From: a virus
Taxonomy: Duplodnaviria; Caudoviricetes
Reading direction: 5' to 3' (one strand)
Length of the DNA stretch: 64,000 bases
IMG/VR virus record: IMGVR_UViG_3300001528_000580
Coordinates: 160,001-224,000 of that record
Shown: in pieces, positions 20,644 to 30,530 of the stretch
Numbering within the stretch: position 1 is the first letter of the stretch
Layout: every line of letters starts with the position of its first letter
Program-made: the position numbers and the translations under genes
Notes under the pieces: generated by a model
Databases searched by the model: none
Seen by the model: the letters and a program-made list of their open reading frames with translations, nothing else
Told to the model about the DNA's origin: nothing

Positions 20644-20964
20644 TTATTTTTTTGATTGTAAAGAAGATATTTCAGTTAACAACTTGTTATAATTATTTAT
20701 CTTTTTACAGATATCTTTTTTAAGTTCTAAAAATAATTTATTTTTATAATCATCATAATTTTGATTATCAATTGATGCAATTTTATAACTATTATTTTCT
20801 TTAATAACATTACCAATAATTTCATTATCAATTTCAAATAATTTTTTTAATCTATCATTATATAAATACATATAATGATTTCCATTTTTTCTAACATTAG
20901 AAAATTTGTGTTCTAATAGTTTTAATTTATCACCAAATGATAACTCAATGATTGTAATATCCAT
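20644..20964 (-). CDS. hypothetical protein
   Basis: ORF in operon. Confidence 0.6.
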   Translation of the reverse strand: MDITIIELSFGDKLKLLEHKFSNVRKNGNHYMYLYNDRLKKLFEIDNEIIGNVIKENNSYKIASIDNQNYDDYKNKLFLELKKDICKKINNYNKLLTEISSLQSKK

Positions 20965-21563
20965 TATATATTTAACTCTATTTGTAATTGATAATCTTGC
21001 ATAAAATATGTTTTTAATTTATACTTTTTTTGCAAGTAAAATCTTATAAACATAATATTTTCTTTGAAAACCAATTCATTTATATCTAAATCTTTGTAAC
21101 TAATAATTATAGAACTTGAAAATATATTATCGTCAATTTTTAGCAAGTAATAATGACAAATATTGTTTTTTATAAAATCTTTTATTTTACTTACAATCAT
21201 TTTTTCATTATCATTGTATTTTTTCAAGTTTTTATTTATTCTTTTATTGATTTTTGTACAAGTATTGATTGTAACTTCAAATTTTTCAAATTCTCTATCA
21301 TATTCTAAAACAATACCATATTTATCTCTAATCTTTTTTATTATATATGATATTGCATAATCATTATTTAAATAATCATCAAAAAATGAAATTGAATTTT
21401 TAGATATAATGCATTTATTAACATCAAAATTATTTTTAATCTTATTTGCTATATATTTAGGTAAAAATTCATTGATAAACTTTGATATATTATTGTTTAA
21501 TCTTTTTAAAACTTTTCTTTGTTTTTTCTTGTATGTTTTTCTTAATTTATCTATTGTATTCAT
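20964..21563 (-). CDS. hypothetical protein
   Basis: ORF in operon. Confidence 0.6.
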   Translation of the reverse strand: MNTIDKLRKTYKKKQRKVLKRLNNNISKFINEFLPKYIANKIKNNFDVNKCIISKNSISFFDDYLNNDYAISYIIKKIRDKYGIVLEYDREFEKFEVTINTCTKINKRINKNLKKYNDNEKMIVSKIKDFIKNNICHYYLLKIDDNIFSSSIIISYKDLDINELVFKENIMFIRFYLQKKYKLKTYFMQDYQLQIELNI

Positions 21564-21574
21564 TTTTATACCAA

Positions 21575-22150
21575 CTAAGAATTTAAATAATTACAAATAT
21601 CTTGTGCAATTTCAGAAGTAATACCTATTTCTTCTTCTGTTTGAAAAAATTTGGCATTATTAGGTATTCCGAATCCAGCATCTTCTCTATCATCAATTAC
21701 TGCACACTTTTCAATGTGTCCAAATGTATTATTAAATAACCACATTCTGATTTCTGAACCTCTTGCACAACTTCCGCTAAAATATTGTTTAGATAAATCA
21801 GGAGTATAACCAATTAACCTATTTCCTGGAAGTCCTCTTCTATTAAACATTTCTTTTGCATCTTCAATATTACTATATCTTTTCAACTTTCTCCATGTAC
21901 TACTCCAAAGAATATTTGCATCAGTTTTTTCACAAATATCATAAATTATTTTTGCAAGTTCTGGAAAAACCAATTCTTCACAGTTACAAAATTCTTTAGC
22001 ATATTTACTACGAACTGCTTTTCTTAATTTTTCATAGTCACAAGAATATTCTGGATTATTTTCTAATTCTTTAAATTTGTTATTTATCCAATTTCTAATA
22101 AGATAATTCGAATTAATTACACCATCCATATCTAAACAAATTAGCTTCAT
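21575..22150 (-). CDS. HAD-family phosphatase (Swiss-Army-Knife RNA-repair type)
   Basis: LDMDGVIN, SSTWR, TP, RGSEI, VIDD. Confidence 0.85.
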   Translation of the reverse strand: MKLICLDMDGVINSNYLIRNWINNKFKELENNPEYSCDYEKLRKAVRSKYAKEFCNCEELVFPELAKIIYDICEKTDANILWSSTWRKLKRYSNIEDAKEMFNRRGLPGNRLIGYTPDLSKQYFSGSCARGSEIRMWLFNNTFGHIEKCAVIDDREDAGFGIPNNAKFFQTEEEIGITSEIAQDICNYLNS

Positions 22151-22365
22151 AATTTTACCTTTTGTTTGTTATATTCTTTTAATAATTTGGATTTATCAAG
22201 TTTATCTCTACTCCAATTCATAGCAAGAATACAAAAATCAATCTTATTTTGTATACCATACCACTCAATTAAATCATGAACAATTAATTCATAATCATAT
22301 TTTCCAATTTCATCTTTACAATATTCTTCTAATTTTTTCATTTTATTAATCCATTCATTCCCCAA
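22147..22365 (-). CDS. hypothetical protein
   Basis: Small ORF in operon. Confidence 0.5.
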   Translation of the reverse strand: MGNEWINKMKKLEEYCKDEIGKYDYELIVHDLIEWYGIQNKIDFCILAMNWSRDKLDKSKLLKEYNKQKVKL

Positions 22366-22925
22366 ACACGATGCTTTTCTCTTATTATCTCATTACAACC
22401 TTCTGGTTGATCAACTTCCCATTCAATATCATCAGGAATTTCAACAACTTTCATAGGATATTTACCATACCAATTTTCTTCATCACCAGAACATGTTTCG
22501 CAATATTCTTCAATTAATTTAATTAAATTTGGATCTGTCCTGTTTTTATCATTAATATCTAAACCATAATGACTAAAGTTAAAATGTTCATTAAATAACA
22601 TAGTATATTCTTCAATATTATTATCATTTTTTTCTAATAATGAAAATAATATTTCATTTTTTTGAATTAATTTTAACTCTTCATTATTGCAATAATAATA
22701 ATTACAACAATTATCGTTAGGTTTCATTACCTTGTAAGTATGTGAATAGCAATCTACATTTTTTTTAATATGTTTATCTTTGTATTTTTCTATATCATCA
22801 GATGTTAGTTTCACTGACTTAATATAAATTGGAAACATATTTGTAATTCCATTTAATTCAAACCATCTTTTTTGTACATAATATGGAACTTGTGATTCTC
22901 CTAATCTACATAAAATTACTTTCAT
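22338..22925 (-). CDS. phage hypothetical protein
   Basis: C-terminal RTDPNLI..VVEIPDDIEW..EKHRVW motif. Confidence 0.7.
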   Translation of the reverse strand: MKVILCRLGESQVPYYVQKRWFELNGITNMFPIYIKSVKLTSDDIEKYKDKHIKKNVDCYSHTYKVMKPNDNCCNYYYCNNEELKLIQKNEILFSLLEKNDNNIEEYTMLFNEHFNFSHYGLDINDKNRTDPNLIKLIEEYCETCSGDEENWYGKYPMKVVEIPDDIEWEVDQPEGCNEIIREKHRVWGMNGLIK

Positions 22926-22934
22926 AAAAAATCC

Positions 22935-23300
22935 TCAATTTATTTTATATTTATCACAAAAATTAAAAACTTCATTTTTTAAATAAGGATAATATTTGAT
23001 GCAAGTTTGACGTGCATTCAGTGGTTTATCTGGTTTCGTAAATCTAGCACTTTCCCAATCAAATATTGCTTCTGAAATTCTAAACCAACCTATAATATTT
23101 TTTGGGTGATGCCAAGAAAACATACGATGTATTTTACTAATCATTTTATCAGGAATAAATAACAACATCATAATCATTTTATCCATATCATGAATATAAG
23201 TTAAAAGAGTATTACGACCAATATATTGTTTTTCAATACGAATCACTTCTCTACGGTGGGCAATATTATAATTTAACTTATATTTTAATCTTTCAAACAT
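22935..23300 (-). CDS. small HD-like protein
   Basis: H...HDMDK...HR...HH...DWESAR. Confidence 0.6.
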   Translation of the reverse strand: MFERLKYKLNYNIAHRREVIRIEKQYIGRNTLLTYIHDMDKMIMMLLFIPDKMISKIHRMFSWHHPKNIIGWFRISEAIFDWESARFTKPDKPLNARQTCIKYYPYLKNEVFNFCDKYKIN

Positions 23301-23402
23301 GTTTATCCCTTTTATTTTTATATTGCAATATATAGTAATATAGCATTATTTTTTCTTTTTTCAAATTTTTAAATAATTTTCTTTCTTTAAAAAAGGAAAA
23401 AT

Positions 23403-23750
23403 ATGAAATATAGTAAAAAATTATTATTAATTGCAAAAATATTATTTGCAAATGATAAAATTATTCAAACTATTTTAGATGCTGCTGTTAATAAACATGC
23501 TGTCAATATGGACTATGTAACTAAAACAGCAAATGAGTTAAAAAATTATATTGTAGTTCCATTAGAAATAAAACAGAGAAAATTAACAAATGGAACTACA
23601 ATGGTATTATATGCTGAAGATATAAATGATGGAAATAGAACAAAAACTTTTATTTTAAAAAATATTAAAAGAATTAATGAATTAGATAAAAGTTTTAGAA
23701 CAAAACACCCAATAAAAATACATCAAAAATTAGATAATTCATCAAAATAA
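23403..23750 (+). CDS. stand-alone WYL-like domain protein with leader motif
   Basis: A....V.MDY...VVPLEI...LYAED...KTFILKNI pattern; SKKLLLIA leader. Confidence 0.65.
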   Translation: MKYSKKLLLIAKILFANDKIIQTILDAAVNKHAVNMDYVTKTANELKNYIVVPLEIKQRKLTNGTTMVLYAEDINDGNRTKTFILKNIKRINELDKSFRTKHPIKIHQKLDNSSK

Positions 23751-24016
23751 CTTTTTGCAATATCAAAGTTATTAAAGTATTTTTTTGTTATATTATCAGT
23801 ATTATTATTTTTATAATACATTGATATAACAAACATTTTTTTATGTAAATGTTCAACATATTCATAAGAAAAAACATATTTAAATTTATCATTTCTTACA
23901 AACACATCTATTTCATCATCAATTATAATGTATATTGAATCATTTCTTATGTTAGATTCATCTTTTACATATATATAATCAATGTCATCTTTATATAAAA
24001 TAACATGATCAAACAT
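23723..24016 (-). CDS. hypothetical protein
   Basis: 97-aa ORF. Confidence 0.55.
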   Translation of the reverse strand: MFDHVILYKDDIDYIYVKDESNIRNDSIYIIIDDEIDVFVRNDKFKYVFSYEYVEHLHKKMFVISMYYKNNNTDNITKKYFNNFDIAKSYFDELSNF

Positions 24017-24030
24017 TTTTATACCTACTT

Positions 24031-25050
24031 TTAAAATATTTTTCTAGCTTTAGCTTTTTTATATAATAAATTATATTTATCTTTATTGTTAAAGATATAT
24101 GATGCATACTCTGCAACAGTTTTATTATTTTCCCATACAGAAATAGTTTTTATAAAATTAATTAAAGAATGTACTAATTGGAGTCTTTCAATAAATGTAT
24201 TATAACAAAAAGTAGAACTAAAAATTCTAAATTCAATAGTATTTTTACCCATAAAATTTATCATTTGATATCTATTCATTGATTTTCCCCAACCATCATT
24301 ATGTTTATTTGCTCTATAACAATAATAGTTAGGATTTCTGCCTGTAAAATTTCTCATGAATTCAAAATTATTATAGAAAAATAAATCAATATTTCTATTA
24401 TCTTTTTCAGTTAATATATCTTTATTAACATGAACATGCATACCGCATCCTCTTCTACTATTAATTTTGTAGAGAGATAAATCTTTCATTATTTTGTTCC
24501 AACCAAGTTTATTTTCATGAAATTTTAATGAACATGGATGACTAACAATTTCAACACCATATGCAGGTATACTACAATCACTTTTAAAATATAATAATTT
24601 GTCTGATATATCATCAAAATATGATCTACAAAAATTATTAACATTTTCTATTTTATCACAACCACCCACTTCTAATTCTACACCCATAAATATATTATCA
24701 GTATCATTTTCATCTAAATGAAATACTGGTTCAGGCTTATAAGAATATTGGAAAATAGGGTGTTTAAAACAATTGAAACAAACATTTTCATAATCAGTTT
24801 TAAAATTATCAGTAATAAATTTATTACAAATTTTACATACAGATAATTTACTAGAACATTCTTTACATATCAATAAATTATAACAACTTATATATAATTC
24901 ATTTACTTTAAAACAATTTCTACATAACTCACACCGACAAAAATTAAATGAACAACGTAAACATAAATATGCTTCTTTTTTAAACTCACCGTTTATCATT
25001 ACATTTTCATACTTTTTACCTTCATGATTATGACATTCAAAACACAACAT
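24031..25050 (-). CDS. amidoligase family protein, copy 3
   Basis: GVELEVG, KSDCSI, GVEIVSHP, CGMHVH, TIEFR. Confidence 0.8.
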   Translation of the reverse strand: MLCFECHNHEGKKYENVMINGEFKKEAYLCLRCSFNFCRCELCRNCFKVNELYISCYNLLICKECSSKLSVCKICNKFITDNFKTDYENVCFNCFKHPIFQYSYKPEPVFHLDENDTDNIFMGVELEVGGCDKIENVNNFCRSYFDDISDKLLYFKSDCSIPAYGVEIVSHPCSLKFHENKLGWNKIMKDLSLYKINSRRGCGMHVHVNKDILTEKDNRNIDLFFYNNFEFMRNFTGRNPNYYCYRANKHNDGWGKSMNRYQMINFMGKNTIEFRIFSSTFCYNTFIERLQLVHSLINFIKTISVWENNKTVAEYASYIFNNKDKYNLLYKKAKARKIF

Positions 25051-25113
25051 ATTAACTTACCTTTAATTTACTTTTTTTTATATTTTACTTTAAATAAAAA
25101 ATGAGGTTCAATT

Positions 25114-25302
25114 ATGAGAAAATTAGCAAAAGAATTAAAGAAACTTGCAAATGAGTTAAACATGTTTTTTATAGCAGAAGATCTTGAACAAATGAGTGAA
25201 GAATTAAAGGAAGCTGTTTCCGATAAAACTCAAGATAACTTCATGAAAAATATGAAAAACATGATGAAAAAAAATAAATTTAATGTCACTCAAGGCAAGT
25301 AA
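25114..25302 (+). CDS. small protein with leader motif
   Basis: GAGG SD; AKELKKLA; own terminator at ~25309-25341. Confidence 0.65.
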   Translation: MRKLAKELKKLANELNMFFIAEDLEQMSEELKEAVSDKTQDNFMKNMKNMMKKNKFNVTQGK

Positions 25303-25339
25303 TTTATCAAATGGCTATCAAAAAATTTGATAGCCATTT

Positions 25340-26533
25340 TTATTTTCTTATAGATAATTTCATTTCTTTTGCATATTGATTAATAAAATTTAAATTTTCT
25401 TTGGATACAACCTTATTATATTTTTCTTTCATTTGAACAATACTATTGTTATTAAGATTAATTTCAATTGTAACTCTTTGTGTAACATCACTTCTTAAAG
25501 ATACAATTGCACATCTTCCATTTTTACAAGAGCTAATATAACTATAAACGCAATTACATTGTGATTGTCCCTCTTTTTTTAATTCTTGTGCTTTTGTTAA
25601 TTCTATAAATTTAACACTATCATTTAATGTATAACTTAAACCAAATTCATCCCATGATGAATTATCATTTCTTGTATTTTCTCTTGTTAATTCATTGTGC
25701 CACTCCTCACAAAGTCTAATCATACTATTAATATTTCTTCCTGAAAGATTAAATTTATCTATATTATTACCATTAATTATATAATCTAATATTTCTGTTA
25801 TACAATTATAATCAAATAATGGTTGTTTTGATAACCATGTACAAAATCTTCTTGAAAAATTAATAACTCTACTTTTATCATAATTTGCAAAAGTCTTTTT
25901 ATCAAAATAACTCGATATTTCCATTGATAAATCAATATTACAACTTTGTGCTCTTGCAAATAAATAAACAAGAAATCCTAATTCTGAATCGAATGGATAA
26001 TTAGTTTCATAAAGGTACTTATTTTCAGTTTTAGAAAGTCCATATACTTTTCTGGCAGAAGTACCATTTCCAATTAATATCGTTCTTTCTAAAATTGGAT
26101 TTTCAACAATAGAATAAGATTTTCTCCAAAAATTATAAAAACATGCAGGAACATTATATTCAAAAATATAATGAAAAATAAACTGATTTAACTGATTATC
26201 ATAATTATGAGATTTAAAGTTGATATTATCATCTATATTATCTTTTATATAATTATTAAAAATAGATAAATTTTTTAATACACGAAAAAAATCATTACTT
26301 CTATCAGTTTTATTTGCAAAATAACTATAATTACGATTCAGCCGTTCTTCTGAACACTTCATTTTATTTTTTATTGCAGAAGTTATTAATCTAGAAAAAC
26401 AAGATAAAACCTTATCATCATTTCTTGAAATATAATCAATATTTACATTCCATGAATCTAAATGAAAATTTTTCAAATATTTTTTTGGTAAATTGATAGG
26501 GTATTTTTGAAAAATTAAAACATCTTGCATCAT
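25340..26533 (-). CDS. PcfJ-like domain protein
   Basis: WH...L..EG..Q.NCV.SY...C..G...IVSLR...VTIEI...IVQ. Confidence 0.8.
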   Translation of the reverse strand: MMQDVLIFQKYPINLPKKYLKNFHLDSWNVNIDYISRNDDKVLSCFSRLITSAIKNKMKCSEERLNRNYSYFANKTDRSNDFFRVLKNLSIFNNYIKDNIDDNINFKSHNYDNQLNQFIFHYIFEYNVPACFYNFWRKSYSIVENPILERTILIGNGTSARKVYGLSKTENKYLYETNYPFDSELGFLVYLFARAQSCNIDLSMEISSYFDKKTFANYDKSRVINFSRRFCTWLSKQPLFDYNCITEILDYIINGNNIDKFNLSGRNINSMIRLCEEWHNELTRENTRNDNSSWDEFGLSYTLNDSVKFIELTKAQELKKEGQSQCNCVYSYISSCKNGRCAIVSLRSDVTQRVTIEINLNNNSIVQMKEKYNKVVSKENLNFINQYAKEMKLSIRK

Positions 26534-26536
26534 TTG

Positions 26537-27391
26537 TTAAACCTCAATGATATTAAAAATTACTTTTTGTGTATAATAAAAATAATCATTTCCTATATTC
26601 CAACAATGAGTTAATTCATTACCAGAAATATAATCTTCCATTGCTGGTAAATGTGTGTGACCACTTATCGATACATCAACATGAATATCATAATCACGAA
26701 ATAAATTTCCATGTCCACTATATACATTCCAAATAGAACTTGGTTTATGTGTATTGTAAGCGTTTAATCCATATAAAGGAACCATGTGCGTAATAAGAAT
26801 ATTATCTTTATGTTTAATAATTCCATTTTTTATTTGTTCAATACATTTTTTATTTTCTTTTAATGCATCAAAATTTATAATACTTGCATCTAACCATCCT
26901 TCATCTATATTTTTAACATAATTTAATGCATCTTTTCTGTTTGAACAAGAACCATCATACCATAGAACATTTCCTACAAAATTAATGGTATCAAATTCTA
27001 CATTTCCTACAATATCAAGGCAATGTATATTATATTTATTTCCATTTTGATTTTCAGCATAAGTAAATGCTTCAATAGTTTCTTCAATAGAATTATGTGC
27101 AAACTCATGATTTCCTAAACAAAAAATTATAGGAATATCACAGATAATTTCATTTGTACTTCTTGGAGTAAAGAAATTATTGATAAATTTATATAGATTT
27201 ATTGGTTTAGCACTTCTATGTTTATAAAAATAAACATACCTTTCAACAACATCACCTGATATTGTAATAACATCAGGCTTATATGTATTAATTGCATTTT
27301 GTATCTGCATTTTTTGTGCAAACATATAAAAATCATTTCTATCATTTTGTGATAGATCGATATGTAAATCTGCGAGAGCTAATATTTTCAT
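26537..27391 (-). CDS. calcineurin-like metallophosphoesterase
   Basis: DLH, GD, GNHE, TH, GHTH. Confidence 0.9.
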   Translation of the reverse strand: MKILALADLHIDLSQNDRNDFYMFAQKMQIQNAINTYKPDVITISGDVVERYVYFYKHRSAKPINLYKFINNFFTPRSTNEIICDIPIIFCLGNHEFAHNSIEETIEAFTYAENQNGNKYNIHCLDIVGNVEFDTINFVGNVLWYDGSCSNRKDALNYVKNIDEGWLDASIINFDALKENKKCIEQIKNGIIKHKDNILITHMVPLYGLNAYNTHKPSSIWNVYSGHGNLFRDYDIHVDVSISGHTHLPAMEDYISGNELTHCWNIGNDYFYYTQKVIFNIIEV

Positions 27392-27468
27392 TTTATTTCC
27401 TTAATAAAAAACATATTTTTTCTTTGCATTAAAATAGCATGTTTTTTAAAAAAATCAAGTCATTTTAT

Positions 27469-27957
27469 TCAAATGAGTTCAAATTTTTTCAATAATTTTT
27501 GTTTTACCCAAACATTCGGTATAATATAATGATGAGTTAAACCGAAATCAAGATAATCATCATTTGGTAATTTATCACTTTCAAGAAATTTATTGAAATA
27601 TTCATTCAATACATAGCCAACTGCTCCACTTCTGCTAATTCCTGCTGTACAATGAATAAGTAATGTTTTTGTTTTATCAATCTTATTAGTTACAAAATCA
27701 AATATTTTATCAGCATCATCATCTGACATTAATACAACACCTTCCATTGGTTTATCCCAATCATGAAAATATTCAACAAGAACATTATCATTATCTAAAT
27801 ATTTTCTAGAAAAAGGTGGTTCTTCTCTAATAATATTTCTTGGTTTATATTCAGGAGTATTAATTGATATGACATTAGACTTTTTAAAAACTAATGCTTC
27901 TTCATCTGTTCCTTTTATGTTTATAAAATATTTTCTTGGTAACACTTTTATTCTCAT
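27469..27957 (-). CDS. protein-tyrosine/dual-specificity phosphatase
   Basis: HCTAGISRS (HCx5R) P-loop. Confidence 0.9.
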   Translation of the reverse strand: MRIKVLPRKYFINIKGTDEEALVFKKSNVISINTPEYKPRNIIREEPPFSRKYLDNDNVLVEYFHDWDKPMEGVVLMSDDDADKIFDFVTNKIDKTKTLLIHCTAGISRSGAVGYVLNEYFNKFLESDKLPNDDYLDFGLTHHYIIPNVWVKQKLLKKFELI

Positions 27958-28172
27958 TATTTTTTCTCCTTTTTACTATGTAATATCTGAATAATTTTTC
28001 TTATAATAGCAATAAGAGTTACAAAATCAACTAATATCCACAATAAAGCACAAGTAAATCTAATTGAACTTGAAATTTCATTTTCAATACCAGCATTTTT
28101 ATCCATTAAATAATAAACATAATGATGAAGTGCTCCAATTATGCAATAAATCAACAAAACATAAAGTAACAT
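27957..28172 (-). CDS. small membrane protein
   Basis: Two hydrophobic segments. Confidence 0.6.
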   Translation of the reverse strand: MLLYVLLIYCIIGALHHYVYYLMDKNAGIENEISSSIRFTCALLWILVDFVTLIAIIRKIIQILHSKKEKK

Positions 28173-28173
28173 A

Positions 28174-28764
28174 TTAATTCCTTGATTTTATAATATTTAA
28201 AATTTCAATAGCATTTTTTTTCAAATCATTTAAGTTTCCATTATTATCAAGAAAAATATGAACTAGATTATCGTCAATACCTTTTTCTGATTCATGAGAA
28301 ATATCTACTATATTATCACTATTTCTCAAAATTTTAATAACAATTCCATTATTTCTTGAAACCATTTCAGCTTCATTATTAAATCTTATATCAGAAACAA
28401 TAAAAAAGTCGTTTGGATTATTCAATACTTTTTTTTCAAAAACCTTAACCCAAACGTCATATCTAAAAATTTTTCTGAACATTTCAGTTCCAATTAATTG
28501 CATTAATTTTCTAGGAGTAATATCCCAAAATTCATCTTTCAATTCTTTTAATTCTTGGTTATATACTTGTTCTCTCGAAAAACCAAAATAGTTTATCATC
28601 ATATCTTTAATTGGTGTAGCAAATGAATCAAGAATTATATCGTTTTTTTCTTCTTTAAAAAAATTTGCTAATGTATCTTTTCCTGTATGTGCTAAACCTG
28701 AAATACCAATTAGCTTGATATTTTTAGGTAATTCTTTGTTGATATAAAAATTATTTATTTTCAT
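28174..28764 (-). CDS. deoxynucleoside monophosphate kinase
   Basis: GLAHTGKDT, FA.PIK, TPRKLMQLIGTE, SDIRF.NE, H.SE. Confidence 0.88.
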   Translation of the reverse strand: MKINNFYINKELPKNIKLIGISGLAHTGKDTLANFFKEEKNDIILDSFATPIKDMMINYFGFSREQVYNQELKELKDEFWDITPRKLMQLIGTEMFRKIFRYDVWVKVFEKKVLNNPNDFFIVSDIRFNNEAEMVSRNNGIVIKILRNSDNIVDISHESEKGIDDNLVHIFLDNNGNLNDLKKNAIEILNIIKSRN

Positions 28765-28781
28765 AAACCTTCTACTCTTAG

Positions 28782-29204
28782 TTAAAAATTAACAACTTTC
28801 AATTCTTTTTTATTTAAAAACATATTATCTGATTTTTTTGCATTACATATTGCGCACATTGGTTGTAAATTGTTTACACAACCAGGTCCACCTTTTGATA
28901 CTGGATAAATATGATCTCTTGTAAGCAATTTTTCTTTTAAACCATTATTATTTATATACAAATGCATAATCCAATTATTACCACTTATCTTAGATTTTTC
29001 AATTGCAATATAACTTGCTTTTTCTCCACAACAAGAACATTGACAACCTTTTTCTGTATAAACCCTTAATTTTTTTCTGTTGATATGAACATCAACACCA
29101 TTCAATTTGATAGAATCACCACCTTGAAGAATAACATCTCGAACTTTTTTTAGAGTATCTTCAACATTGGTAAGAATAGAATGACGAACGTAACCTTTCA
29201 GCAT
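28782..29204 (-). CDS. HNH endonuclease
   Basis: CSCC...TRDHIYPVSKGG....NLQPMCAICNAKK. Confidence 0.85.
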   Translation of the reverse strand: MLKGYVRHSILTNVEDTLKKVRDVILQGGDSIKLNGVDVHINRKKLRVYTEKGCQCSCCGEKASYIAIEKSKISGNNWIMHLYINNNGLKEKLLTRDHIYPVSKGGPGCVNNLQPMCAICNAKKSDNMFLNKKELKVVNF

Positions 29205-29288
29205 ACATTTTTCCTTACTTTTTGTTTTGACTTTAACTAATATAGCACATGGTTTGTAAAAAGCAAATTTTTTCAGAAATTTTTTTGC

Positions 29289-29377
29289 ATATATATAATT
29301 AATATTTATTAATATAATTAATTAATAATTAATAATATAAATATAATTAATATATATATTATAATTATATTTTATAT
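29289..29377. other. 89-bp pure A/T tract at the coding-strand switch
   Basis: No G or C between 29288 and 29378; repeated ATATAATTAAT; divergent promoters on both sides. Confidence 0.6.
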
Positions 29378-29474
29378 CTATATTTTTTAATAAAAAATAA
29401 CAAAAAAAATTTGCAATTTTCTAAAAATGTAATATATTATTCTAAATTGAATAACAAAATAGGAATTTTGCCAA

Positions 29475-30473
29475 ATGTGTATTGCTATTGTAAAACCTGT
29501 TAACAAATCAATTCCGAGTAATGATATTTTAATAAAATGTATGAATAACAATCCTCATGGAGCTGGATATGGTTTTTTCAGAAATGGTGAATTAAATATA
29601 AAAAAGGGATTTCTTTCTTTTTATGATTTAAAAAGATCATTAGATGAAGATAATATTCAAGAAGATGAACCAGCATTTTTTCATTTTAGGAAAGCATCTT
29701 TTGGTGGATTAGATATAAGAAAAACTCAACCATTTCCATTATCTAATTCTACTGATTTTATGATGAAGAAACATGTTATAGGATGTCGGTTTATTTTCAT
29801 GCACAATGGTACGGTAAAATATACTGATGAAGAATATGAACCGTTTAAAGAACGTTATGCATATGAAAGAAGCATTTCAGATACTATGCTGTTTGGAATA
29901 AATGTTTGGAATAAAGTTATTAATCCTTATGCAAAAAATGATTATTCTATTGAATCATTAGTTTCAAAATATATTCTTAAAGGTGATAAAGTAACAAAAA
30001 AGCAAATAGATTATTGTATAGAAAATAATAAGTTTGCTTTTATGAATGATGAAGGTAAAATTACATTATTTGGAAGAGGATGGAAGGTAAGGGATGGACT
30101 TGTTTATTCAAATGATAAATATTTTAATGATAAATACGAATCATCAAATTTAAAGCCAGTTAGACAATGTAATTTTTGTTATACAAAGACAACTAATTAT
30201 GAATATGGTGATGATGTAGTTTATTGCAAAAATTGTGAAAAAGAAAGATTGAATAAAGAACCAAGTAATTCGTTTAAGTGTCAAGAATGTGGAAATTTGT
30301 TTTTAAAAAGTGAACAATCTTCATTGATTAAAGACATATGTTCTGAATGTGAAAAAAATAATCATACATGTAGTCATTGTGAATCAGTATTTATAAGCGA
30401 AAGTTCTCTTGCTTATGGTAATGAAGGAAATGAAAAATATTGTCAAAAGTGTTTATTGCAGGTATGTTATTAA
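29475..30473 (+). CDS. class II (Ntn) glutamine amidotransferase with C-terminal Zn fingers
   Basis: N-terminal MC, NPHGAG, HFRKAS.G, HNG, SDT; CxxC tail. Confidence 0.85.
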   Translation: MCIAIVKPVNKSIPSNDILIKCMNNNPHGAGYGFFRNGELNIKKGFLSFYDLKRSLDEDNIQEDEPAFFHFRKASFGGLDIRKTQPFPLSNSTDFMMKKHVIGCRFIFMHNGTVKYTDEEYEPFKERYAYERSISDTMLFGINVWNKVINPYAKNDYSIESLVSKYILKGDKVTKKQIDYCIENNKFAFMNDEGKITLFGRGWKVRDGLVYSNDKYFNDKYESSNLKPVRQCNFCYTKTTNYEYGDDVVYCKNCEKERLNKEPSNSFKCQECGNLFLKSEQSSLIKDICSECEKNNHTCSHCESVFISESSLAYGNEGNEKYCQKCLLQVCY

Positions 30474-30530
30474 TAAATTTAATATTTTTTAATTTTAAAC
30501 TGTAAAATTAAAAAACGTAGGAATAAAATA

